Notes under the pieces: model-generated
What the model was told of the DNA's origin: nothing
Database searches by the model: none
The model's input: only the letters and a program-made list of their open reading frames with translations
Assembly (NCBI GenBank): GCA_032718475.1
Contig: JAUCBJ010008122.1
Location: 1-64,000 of the forward strand
Source: Nemertoderma westbladi
Taxonomy: Eukaryota; Animalia; Xenacoelomorpha
Reading direction: 5' to 3'
DNA: 64,000 nt
Translations under genes and position numbers: made by a program
Shown: positions 25,605 to 37,100 of the stretch, piece after piece
Layout of the letters: the number at the start of each line of letters is the position of its first letter
How positions within the stretch are numbered: position 1 is the first letter of the stretch

Positions 25605-25805
25605 TAATTGAGGGAAATGAGCAGGTTACAGAGGCAGGCTTTTCTAACCAAAACAATAAACGGTCACTTTACCAATTGATGGAAGGAGCAGGTTACAGAG
25701 GCGGGCTTTTCTAACCAAAACAATAAACGGCCACTTTACCAATTGATGGAAAGGAGCAGGTTACAGAGGCGGGCTTTTCTAACCAAAACAATAAACGATC
25801 ACTTT
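25605..25805. repeat. ~65-bp repeat x3, part of a dispersed repeat family
   Basis: GAGCAGGTTACAGAGGC(A/G)GGCTTTTCTAACCAAAACAATAAACGG.CACTTTACCAATTGATG; related copies at 7750-7875. Confidence 0.75.
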
Positions 25806-26081
25806 GAATGGGAGAATCGCTAAGCCAAGGAATGCCTGTTCACCAGTCACCACACCACCATGGGATTGGTGATCTTTCACAGCACAGTAAACCCTTCCAC
25901 TCTGTTTCTCAAGTTGCCTTGGTTCCCCTTTATCTACCACTGAAGGATGAAAGCCAGGGTTGGGCTAGGCTGTAGCATTTAAAGCACTGTGCCAAAACAA
26001 TGCTGCCCCATCTAGGGATCGAACCAGGGCGTCCTAATTGGAAGCCCCGGAATGTCAACACTAGACCAAGCTGCAAGCTGC
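25806..26081 (-). mobile_element. tRNA-derived SINE with a Nin/Deu-domain-like core
   Basis: Minus strand: A box TGGTCTAGTG, B box GGTTCGATCCC, then CCCTGGCTTTCATCCTTCAGTGGTAGATAAA; 10-bp TSD CGATCACTTT at 25796-25805 and 26082-26091. Confidence 0.75.
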
Positions 26082-29039
26082 CGATCACTTTAAAAAGACA
26101 GTCAGTAGTGCCTAGTCCATACTGCCATAGTGTGAACTTTTGGTAAATTTAGACGTTGGCGAACATAGATCATGGGTGAACATAGATCCAAAGCGAAGTT
26201 GGCAAAGTTAGACGTGCTGAATAAAGTCAATCCGGGAAGAAATTAGATAAAAGGCAAACTTGGAGACAGGAGAGAGTTGTTAAACTGCTGACCTGATTAG
26301 CGCTACTGATGGACGCCTTTTTCCATTTCTGAATAAAAAACATATTAAAACATTCATTATTCGTGGTAGCATAATATTTTCATAATACAATATCCCTCCC
26401 TGCCTCCTGGCCTCCCGGACTGAGAACATAATATCACTTATCTATATGTCTTATCTTCTTCTTACGTTGTTTTGTTTGTACAAAACATATATATTTTCAT
26501 TCAAAAATATAACATATTATAAGTAACATTAATAAAATTATAGTGGAAAGACATACTAATTTTTATAGATTAGGGGTACCGGTCTGCCGGTATTATTAGA
26601 AACAAGAAGAATATTTGTTTAATTCGTTGATCGACTTTGTGCCAAATACTTAGGCCTACTAATCAGCTATTCGACTTGGTTTTGGAAATTTGAGGGATCT
26701 ATCACATTTGATATATCACTTTCTGCGTTTTGAGACGGGGGGTGTCAAGCAAATTCCATCTGGGTGAGTACAAAACAAAGAGGTAAGTCGGGTTAGGTCT
26801 GTTGGTTGTAAGAAAGGCTGAAAGGAGCAGTTTACAGAGGCGTGTTGAGGGGAGCCAAAACAATAAACGACTGTTAACATACAATATGTGACTATGTGTT
26901 TGTACAGGTCTTTGGTCATTATTTTGTACTCACCCATTCAGCCATTCCCATTCCATATCGGCGAATTAATATCTCACCGCAAAGTTCAATTATCAATCAA
27001 GGAAAACCTATAATGACACCGTATTCAAACTAAATCACTAACTTAATCTGTCAAGTCCAAGTGCTGCTTGTAGCTGTGCTGTACTGTTTGTATGTACAGT
27101 AGGCCAATACCAGTGGAAAAGTGAAAGGAGGAGTTACATTCCCTTCCCACCTTAATTAGCAATGAAGCAAAAAATAGCTCAATAGGCAATAGGTGACAGA
27201 CAAGACAACACTTCACCTTGTGATATGCAGATATGGGATTGATCTGTAATGCGGCATGCGGGGTGAAGTTCCCACGGAAGTAGGCTATTTTCTGATCTTG
27301 CAGTTTATCACTCAATAACTAATTAATGTCCGTTGGTACAGTAGCAAAGCATTTACAAATCAGGGGAATTTCCGGTTTTGGGGGGGGGGGGGGGGGGGGG
27401 GCACTGCAGCACTGAAACGCTAAAAACGCATGCATGGCATGTGCCTAAAACACTTGTCTGGTGAGAAAACACTAAAATTTTCTCTCATATTCACTTCTGC
27501 ATTGTCTAGGCCTATACAGCTACCGGTATATATCATATATGAAAAGACTCTGATATTTTTCTCAAATTTCCCGTTCAGAATTCTGTTCTTACTCCTGTAC
27601 TCCGGTATAATAAATAAATTTTATTTTAAATATTGTCACTGTGAAATACTGAAATAATAATAATAATAATAAATAATAAGACTACTGGACTAGGCCAGTA
27701 GGCCTATCACAGTACTGCAGTACAGCAGTATCACACTCCCTACTATCACAGTACAGCAGTACTCAGTCTGCCGGTACCATTCCTGCATTCTGTCATTACT
27801 GCATTAGATTGTTCTTTGCTGCTTTGAGGTTGTACCGGTACCGCTGTACCGGTACCTCTGGGCTGTTAGGCTAGCAGGCTAGGGCGCTAGGGCAGTAGGG
27901 ATACACCCTACAGCCCTACACAGCTCCATGCTGCCATGATGCGGTTGCATAGGACATAGGTCTGTAGACTGTAGGTAGGCCTGTACTGCTGTATGCTGGT
28001 AGCGGTAGGTCAGTGTAGGTCAGGTCAGGTAGCGTAGGTCAGTAGGTACCGCTACCGTACGCTACGTAACAGTCTGTCTGTCTGTTACTCAGTCCACAGT
28101 CGACAGTCACTGACTAACTGAGAGACTACCGTACTGGCTGACTGGACTATGGTCTGATTTTACTGATTGCAGCTGTAGGTGCAGAGGTTGAGAGGTACAG
28201 GTAGTTACAGTGTAGTACGTTACGTAGTAGGCAGCAGGCAGGCAGGCTTACTGACTGTAGTAAGGACGTCAACAAACACTTTCATAATGCAGTACCGGTA
28301 ATGAATCACCAAAATCTCAGGCACCGTACTGCCGCCGTACGCACGCATTTTCCAATTGAGATGTCTTTTCAGCCTATGGAAGTATATCCTGGGCTTCTAA
28401 TTTGCTGTTCCTTCAATAAGCTCATCTCATTGGCTAACACTCTCCCATAACCAAAAGGTGTGTCGGTTCAGCCCAATTACCAGAAGGGTGTAATTGTGAC
28501 AGTGAAATTGGAATCAATCAATCAATAGTATCAATAGTATAATCAATAGTATAATTTCGATTTACGCAATGTATGACATGAAATTTACATTATAGTTATA
28601 CTGTAGCATTACAATTTTTCAATGTTACAATGTAACGTTTATTTAGCTAAAATTTGTAATGTTTGTGATAGTAATGTAATAGTACAGTAGATATAGATTT
28701 TAAATGACAAAAAAGAACAGTAGCATAGCTAGTGTTGTTCTATTTTGCCGTTGTGGTGCGTAGATATAAAGAGAAGAGTTCACGCCATCATAATATTCAT
28801 TATTTATAATTTCGGGTTAAATTGAGTTCTGTTTTATCCCATTTATGTCTATTGTAAATATTTATAAAACTAATAAATAATTATTGTAATGTCTAGTATT
28901 ATGCGTACAGATAGCAACGTGTGGGCACACCATTATACAAAATTAATTAATAAACTTTCATACTATTTTACTGATAGAAGAGAGAGGATAATGACAAGAC
29001 AAGATTATTCATTGATGAAGATGAGGTCGATGTTATTTC

Positions 29040-29820
29040 GTGTGTGTTAATTTATTAATATTAATATTCAAATATAAGTATATACTGTATGTGTTAATTC
29101 TGGTTGTTTATTAAATATGTCTTGTACTTTCTTGCTAAAGATTTCTTGGATTTATTATTTTTTAAGTCAAACTGTAGTGAATTCCATATTTTTGTGCGGC
29201 TATATTTTAGTGAATTTTGTGTTGATAGTAACCGAGTTCGTGGGAGAAAGAAATTTAAGGACGCTACTGATCTAGTATTATATTTATGTATTTTTGATGT
29301 CTGTTGAAATATAAAGATGTGATAAAAGGTTGCTTTTTATTGTTATTTATGTCCCACATTAATTTTGCTACTTCAAGTTTGTAAATGTTTTCTAACGTTA
29401 GTATGTTTAGTTGTTTATGTATTGGATTTGAATGTGACTGATAATGGCTAAAAGTGATGGCTCTTACAATTTTGTTTATTTTGACTCGAATTGGTTGTAT
29501 ATATTTGTTGTGAGTATTGCCCCATAGTATTATACCGTATTGTATGTATGGGTGAATAAGTGTAAAATAAAGTAATTTTAGTATGTTCTGTGGTAAGATA
29601 TAACGTAGTTTAAAAAATATACCGCATGATTTTGATATTTTTTTGTATATGTATGCGCAATGGTATTTCCAAGATAGTTTGTTGTCAATCCAGATACCCA
29701 GAAATTTTGTTTCGTTTTTAATTTTGATTACTGTATTGTTTATTTTAATGGGTTGAACTAAGTTTTGAGTTACATTTGAATTTGAGAATAGTAAATATTC
29801 AGTTTTCTTTAGATTGAGTG
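29040..29820 (-). mobile_element. CR1/L2-like LINE, 3' part of ORF2 (RT C-terminus), frameshifted near its end
   Basis: Manual translation SLNLKKTEYLLF...TKFLGIWIDNKLSWKYHC...SKSCGIFFKLRYILP...LYFTLIHPYIQYGIILWG...HKYNTRS...KIWNSL; it continues the ...WLLDNKLSL frame interrupted at 43318. Left boundary approximate. Confidence 0.88.
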
Positions 29821-31003
29821 TGTAAAAGCTTTTGCGTAATTAGCCGGTTATTTTCCCGTAAAGTACTCTGTAGTTGGTTTACCAGGCATAAAAAGGCCGT
29901 GTCCTTACTGTACTGGTGTTTTAGAGGACATAAAAGTCATTTCTTCTGTATGTGTACTTTAAAGGACATAATCCGTAATTTCGTGACGCAATAGCTGGAT
30001 ACTCTTGAAAACAGTGTCGCTACCATGACGACGGCTAACAGCTGATATTGCCACGTCGACATTTCTTTGTTTCTTTGTTCTCTCTTAGTTCAGTCAGCCA
30101 ATCAGAGCATTTTTATGGCTCTTGTACAGAAATTTCCTAGAAATCACGCAATTCATTATGGGCAGTGTTTACATTCTGTCCTGAGCCAGTAAAGAACGGC
30201 TTTGGAGTATTTGTGCTTTTCTGCTTTAGCCTAACACTAGTAGGCTTAATTATAAGGACATATATCCGTTATCTGGGTAACTCAATGTTATCTGTTTACA
30301 TTCTGTTAACTGGCCCATACTGTGCAACTTAACTTAACATTACTGCTTTGCTGTCGGTTATTCATTATATTTGTTGATGAATTATTATATTTGGAATAAC
30401 GAGAAATACCCCCGAAACCCAATATTCTTGATATACCGAAGGTAAGAGAGAAAGGTTACATATAACGATTGCGACTTATGTTAAAGTGGTTTGAAGTGAA
30501 TCTAATGTTATTTGATAGACCCTACATGAGTCGGTCTGTGTTCCTTTTATATGTGACTAAAATCAGTGAAGATCGGCAGATTAGTGTGCAGTATTGTGCA
30601 GCATTGTGTATGAGTGAGACTGATAACGAAGCATTTCCTAAAGAATGCGCCATATATGTGAATTGTAACTAAGCCATATCGTTGTGAGTAGTTTAAGTCA
30701 TAACTCTGTTTATATAGATAGAGCGCCACGTCCTAAAGGAACTGTTAATATTCCCCGAAGGTGAATAATATTGTCAGAGATTATATAATACTGTCAGTCG
30801 AATAATACATTAGGCTTACATAGCAATACGATTAAGCCGTCGAAGTCAATCTCCCGGGTATATCCAACGGGTGAATGATCGCGCACAGATTGGTTTCAAC
30901 TAGTGTAGTGAATCAAATACTTGTTAGAGGCTAAAGCGATTTATTATCTAGAAGACATCCTAATTTGGCGGGTTAAACTGCCAAAGGTCTGAAAGCGCGA
31001 ACA
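29821..31003 (+). repeat. 5' LTR (1183 bp)
   Basis: Matches 42118-43317; CCAAT near 30098, TATAAG at 30251, U5 hairpin TTGGCGG-GTTAAA-CTGCCAA near 30965. Confidence 0.95.
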
Positions 31004-31014
31004 ATAACGGATAT
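31004..31014 (+). promoter_or_regulatory. Candidate non-tRNA primer-binding site (self-priming type)
   Basis: ATAACGGATAT, flush with the LTR end, is the reverse complement of ATATCCGTTAT at 30262-30272; no TGG-starting tRNA PBS is present. Confidence 0.55.
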
Positions 31015-31152
31015 TTAGTCTGTATTGCAGTGTAGGCATTAAATACAGTTTAATATTGTTCTGGTAAGAACAATAACGGATATCGCTTCTTTATTGCAGT
31101 AAGCAATAAAGTTGAAAGTACCGGTCAACCGGTAAACCTGAACGGTATACAT

Positions 31153-31268
31153 CTGTAGGTCAGTAGGCCCAACTGCCAGAACCGGTACTGCCGTAGGTCC
31201 GTAGGTCCAACTGCCAGAACCGGTACTTCTGTAGGTCCGTAGGCCCAACTGTCCAAACCGGTACTTCC
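31153..31268. repeat. 38-bp tandem repeat x3 in the LTR element leader
   Basis: GTAGGTCCGTAGGCCCAACTGCCAGAACCGGTACT variants. Confidence 0.8.
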
Positions 31269-31863
31269 AGTATAAGTACATTAGTATTATTCGAATTTGA
31301 TAATCATATACCGGTAGGTCTTAGTACTTAATCAGGGAACGGCCGCCCTGGTTTTTATTGAGATTTTTACTTATTTCTGTCAAGTTTTATTTGTTTGTAG
31401 GCCAGTATTGAACAGAAGGCGTGTAAGCCTGATCAGATTGTACAGACAATTTGTAGGCTGAGCTGTTGTCTGATTGCTGTTAAGTCCGAACGGATTGCAG
31501 TGTGTGTAGATCACCTGTCCGATAAAGAACGGTTAGGAAGTAGGGGCAGCCAAAGCTGTAAGGTAAACCCCCAACTAAAGAATAAGTCGTACTACTGGGT
31601 TAGAACGCATGCTACCTAATCATTTCGGAGTCTGCATGTCCTGTAGTTTATTTAGGCTTGAGAGTAGTCTGCCATCGTTTAGTCTGTACTTTGTTTGTGT
31701 AGCCTGTACAGGTAGCGTATAATATTTATTTAGATAATTTGTAGGCTGGATAGTTGTCTGGCTGTTGTTAAGTCTGAACGGATTGCAGTGTGTGTAGAGC
31801 CTCTGTCCGATAAAGAACGGTTAGGAAGTAGGGGCAGCCAAAGCTGTAAGGTAAACCCCCAAC

Positions 31864-32625
31864 CCCGTATGCTAAGTGACTTTTTTGTGCGCCGAACGTG
31901 ACGCGGCGCAGAAAAAAATGTGCGCCTGCGCAGTCGAAAACAGTGCAAAATCCGCGTGCGCAGCAGAAAAACTGCGCGAGATTGGCGCGCGCAGCAGAAA
32001 TTCTGCGCGAGATTGGCGCGCACAGCAGAAATACTGCGCGAAATCTCCTACCTCTCCTATGTCCTACCTCTGTAGTACCGGTACTGTACCGTACCACCTA
32101 CCCCAGTACCCGCCTGCCTACTCTACTGGCCTAAGCAAGCCCTAAGCACACCAAGTAGGACGCTTTATTATTTTATTGACATTACAGCATTGACATTACA
32201 CATTGGCGCGCACAGCAGAAATACTGCGCGAAATCTCCTACCACGTACCTGCCTGCCTACTGCTGTACTGGCCTAAAGCACACCAAGTAGCCTAGCAAGT
32301 AGGAGGCTTATTATTTCAGTATTTCTTACAGTCTTATCTGTATTGTCATTACCGGTACCCTGTTACCGGTAGTCGGCAGACTGCCAGGGGTAGGTCTACT
32401 TACCGGCTGACTGGTACTGACTTAGTGCTGTAGTGCAAGTCTGAGCCGTGCTATCAATTTTCTGCGCCTGCGCCTGTCGCGCCGCGCTCTAAATTTTCTC
32501 TGCGCGGCGCTGTGTGGCGCTGCGCGGCGCTGCGCTGCGCTCTCAATTTTCTGCGCCTGCTCCAAATTCTGGAAAAAATTGTGCGCCGAACGCGTTCGGC
32601 GTACATGCCCTACTTAGCAGAATGG
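31864..32625. mobile_element. 762-bp GC-rich MITE with an 8-bp TSD, inserted in the LTR element leader
   Basis: TSD CCCCCAAC (31856-31863; 32626-32633); termini CCCGTATGCTAAGT vs CCATTCTGCTAAGT (rc); inverted GCGCAG-rich subterminal repeats; the empty site is visible in the sister repeat at 31561-31580. Confidence 0.85.
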
Positions 32626-34121
32626 CCCCCAACTAAAGAATAAGTCGTGCTACTGGGTTAGAACGCATACTACCTAATCATTTCGGAGTCTGCATGTCCT
32701 GTAGTTTATTTAGGCTTGATAGTAGTCTGTCGGTATTTGGTCTGCATTTTGTTTGAGTGGTTTGTACGCGTAGCGTAATATTTATTATTCAGAGTTTATG
32801 CGATTATTCGCAACATTCATTCCCCAAGTTTGTTCCTACAATAATTGTGTTTGTTATACATACCGCTATAGTTAAATTAACCCCGGTACTACACGGGCTG
32901 CTTGGCGTAGGTAAAGACTGGTGATTTTGTGCACCGGTCACTCCAGCAGATGCCGTGGTTCTTTTAGCTGTTCAAGTATATTTAACTACTGATTATATGT
33001 TGTACAAGTACTCGTACCTAATTTAGGGTTTAGTGTACAGTGCTTTCCGAAAGTAATTAGTGTAGACATTATATTTGTGTTGTAAGGTAGTTGATAGGCA
33101 CGTTCGATTAGCTCTATTAACTTCTAGGTGGGAACACTCCGTGATACATAACGTAGTACCTGTAGCGATACGGCTATAGGTCGTCAGGCGGTGGTATTTT
33201 CCTATCTGGACAACGCAGTGTATTTACTACTACGTATTATTTTCAAATACCGCAGTACCCTGTCCGTTGTAATAACCAGATTTCTAACCCTTTGTTAGGC
33301 TGGTTTGTAGACTTCTTGTAAAATTACCCTGAAAATTCGTATTTTGTGTTTTTTGTAAATTTTTGTGTTTATTTAGAGATTGTAATCTCACCCGGATTGT
33401 ACGTAATTTGTAGTATTAAGTAACTTAGGTAAATTAGCATTATTTGTTTTAGTGTCCTATAAGTAACACTTCACTGAAAGCGCACCGCTTTGTGTAGTGA
33501 TTACTTCCCAGAAATAATAACATTTATTTCAAACATTAACAAAACCCATTAAAACAGTAAAACGGGTATATATATATTAAAAATCAAATCTAACGAGTTA
33601 TAAATAGTAGGCCTACCATACAACCATTAGGTCTCAATATCAGTTGGACTACTGCTCAAATAACGGTAATAAAGTAAGTAAAGTAACCAAGTAACCCTAA
33701 AATTCAGAAATTCAATTATTTAAAATAATTGATTAATTGATATACCGGTATTTACGATAGGCCTATTATCTTTATTTCTATAAATTTAGGCTGAAATTAT
33801 ACCGGTACTTTATAATTAATTCTAGTCCAGAATTATACTTATATATACTACAAACTGTAAGCTGTATACCGGTATTCCCGATAGGCCTATTATATATTTA
33901 TATATATTTGTGCTAAAATTATACCGGTATTCTGTGATAAACCTAGTCTGTAATAATACTTATATATACTATAAGCATACCGGTATTCTAATATATTATA
34001 TATATCACGCTACACTGAGTAGCAGTATCGGTAATTAATTACTAGGCTAGCAGTTAATACTGAATTACTAGACTTGCTCAGACTGTAATACAGCAGTAGA
34101 CATTCAACTGTACACATAAAC

Positions 34122-37100
34122 ATGTCTGATACTAAGCAGAACCTGTCAGACAGTTTATTAGATGTAACTATCTGCGACTCAGATAGAGGCGTAGAACCGT
34201 CTAGTCGTAAGTTCAGTTCACCTCCCACTGTGAGGAAGGTCATCCCTCCTGTAGTAATAACAGAACCTAGGCTGGTCCAACATCGTAGGTCTATCATAGG
34301 CACTCGAGCTCAGGTCAAGCGGGACCAAGAAGCAGCAGAACAGCAACAACCCGCGAGCCAAGAACTTACTTCTCAACGGCCCAACAGCTCCAGTAGTGAG
34401 GATACTGTAGAACTGACACCAGAACGCGGAGCAAAGATGATGGATGCGGTTTATTCGGATCCCCTTCTCATCCTTCCTGCAGCCGTACTCACTAGGTTAT
34501 TGATTGCGGTGGAAGAACACCAGATCGATTGGGCGAGAAGTCAGCGATCAACTAGAGATAGTTATGCGGGATACACGAGGGAAGAACTGAAGTCTATTGT
34601 CGAGTCGCAATGGAACTTCCCCGGACCCGGACTCCCGTTTGATTTATCAGAAGCTGCCTGGGAAGACATACACCGGATGGGAGTAGCCAATGAAACCATC
34701 GATCCAGCTGTGTGGAAGAGGTCCGCAGCCGGATACGCACAGGGATTCTTCAGCTCTATGGAGCGAGTAGAAAAACAACTGTTACAACAACCTCAAGGAC
34801 CTCAAGAGCAGGGACAACTGCTTTATCAAGTTAGAGAAAGAATTCTGCGAATCAGGCTAATATTATCAGCCTTTGAAGAGGCTTCTAAAAGAAGACAAGA
34901 CCCGTCGTTGCAAGTTGCCGTAAAGACTTGGTTTCAACGGGTGAGTCGCCAGGTTCAAGGAACAGCTCGGTGGAAAGCTCAGCTGGAGGAGCGCTCAACC
35001 CATGGAGAATCAACAGACGCTACTTTTTCCCAAGTGGAAAGTGAAGCGACGGCAGAGAAACCGCATAAGAGGGATGCCATTGACATCTATCTGTCAGACT
35101 ATCAACGTTTTTTAGGTGATGACGAGTTGAGGAGAAGGTTAGAGGGACTTAGCCCTAATAGTGAAGGAACCAAGCTTGTGTTGGATGCCATCGATGTGGA
35201 AATGAGGGCTGCGAACCAGGCTAAATTTGATGAACAACTCCGCATCACCAGAGTCCAAGAAGAACAAGTAAAGAAAAAACGTATAGAAGACAGAAAGGCA
35301 GCGGCAGTAGCAGCAGCAGTGGCAGCTGCAGAAGCAGAAAGAAAAGCGGCAGCGGCAGAGGCAGCGGCAGAGGCAAAAGTGGCAGCGGCAGAGGCAAAGG
35401 CAGCGGCCGAAGCGGAAAGAAAAGTGGCGGAGGCAGTGGCAGAAGCAGAACGGAGAGCGGCTGAAGAAACCACCCAATTAGAATTGGAAAACATTCAGGA
35501 GAATCAAGACTGCATAAATAAACAGTTAACAGCTAGTAATATGCAGATGATGAATCGATCTACTCCCAAAAGACAGGGATATACATCATCTGAGGAAGGC
35601 GATACCACCGATACTGAAGGCAAAGAAAATAGATCTCGTCTAAGCAGACGTAAAAGAACGTTCCACCGTCAGAAATTGCCTGATTTGCCTCCAGCTGTTA
35701 GAAGGCAACTAAATAACACCAACTTAGGTAGTACAGAGCCCACAGACCAAATAATTAAAATAGAAAGACTCCCTACTATAGTAGATGAGCCTGAAATAAT
35801 TAGGCCTGTTCTTGAAATCACCCCTTCGGTGATAGACACACCTGTGCTCCCTGAAGTTACCTCTAAATTCCCTCTGCACAGTACTAAGCTATCTGTGCCC
35901 AGTAGAACAGCCCATGAGACAGTTCAGGTCCTGGACCCCGAGCGAAATATTCATGATTTGTCGCCCGTTGTCCCTCGTCCGCCCGCTACAACGTTGGCGA
36001 CTCCCGCTTCGGCGGTCGAATGGGTGGACGAGAGACGGCGGGGGATGGATCTCCTGCTCGGGCAGATGCAGGAGACTGTTCAGCAATTCAAGGGCACAGT
36101 AAGGGAAAGTAGGCTAGAGTTGCAAGAAGTGCAGCAAAGTATCGCGCTAGAACGCGATAAATTAGTAAATTTACAAAAGGGTATATCACCACCCCCTGTA
36201 ACAATGTGTCAACCCGTTAGGTCTGAAGTATCCCATGCGCAAGGTGTGGAGCCTACACGCATCTATACTGCTAGCGAAGTAGAAACTCCTATAGTAAACC
36301 CTATTAAGGGTAATTATAAACCTGTTGATAATGATATCTCATCTAGACTTGATAATAATCCGAGAAACTTATATACCGATAATTCTCTATTCAATAATGC
36401 GATGGCTCAAGAAAGTTTTACACGCCAAATGGCTAGAACCGAAGCCCGACAAGCGGTAAAGGTTGGAGAGATCGTCAAGTTCAATGGAGATGAGATGAAA
36501 TGGTTACCTTTTAATGAATATTACAAAGATAACATACAGAACTCTGTACTATCTAACGGAGAGAAACTTAGATTCCTCATCGAATGTTTGGAAGGACCTC
36601 CCAAGTCAATGGCGTTAAAATTTATTGGACATCCAGATGGATTAAGACAAGTTTGGGATACACTAAACATCAGGTATGGTAATAGGACTAACATAGCTAG
36701 GTATTTATATGCGAAATTAATGGCGCCCCGAAAGTTTCTTAGCAGCGGGATTATAGAGTTTTCCGATGAGATTCAGGAGATCTGTAGACAACTAGATTGG
36801 TTAGGTAAGTCTCATGAATACCAGAATTCTATGGTTGTAGGAGCCTTAGCATCTACTTTGCCCAAGGGTGGAGTAGGTACACGCTGGGACAAGAAGGTGT
36901 TATATATGATGGAACAACAACAACGAGACCCTACCATGGCTGATCTCATGTCATTCTTGGATAGCGAGGTGAAATTACAGCTCATAAAGCAGTCCAGAGA
37001 GAAGACAGCGGAAAGTAAGGTAAGTGAGAAACCCGTTTCTAGGAGAAGGGTAACACCAGTATGTTATACCGACGACGGTGAAAGCCAAACTTCTCAAGGA

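Noticed and set aside
26005-26081. Possible tRNA gene
   Set aside because: It has A/B boxes but no convincing cloverleaf, and continues into a SINE body bounded by a TSD.
30469-30729. Short ORFs duplicated at 42766-43026 as a gene pair
   Set aside because: They are duplicated only because they lie in the two LTRs; no coding evidence.
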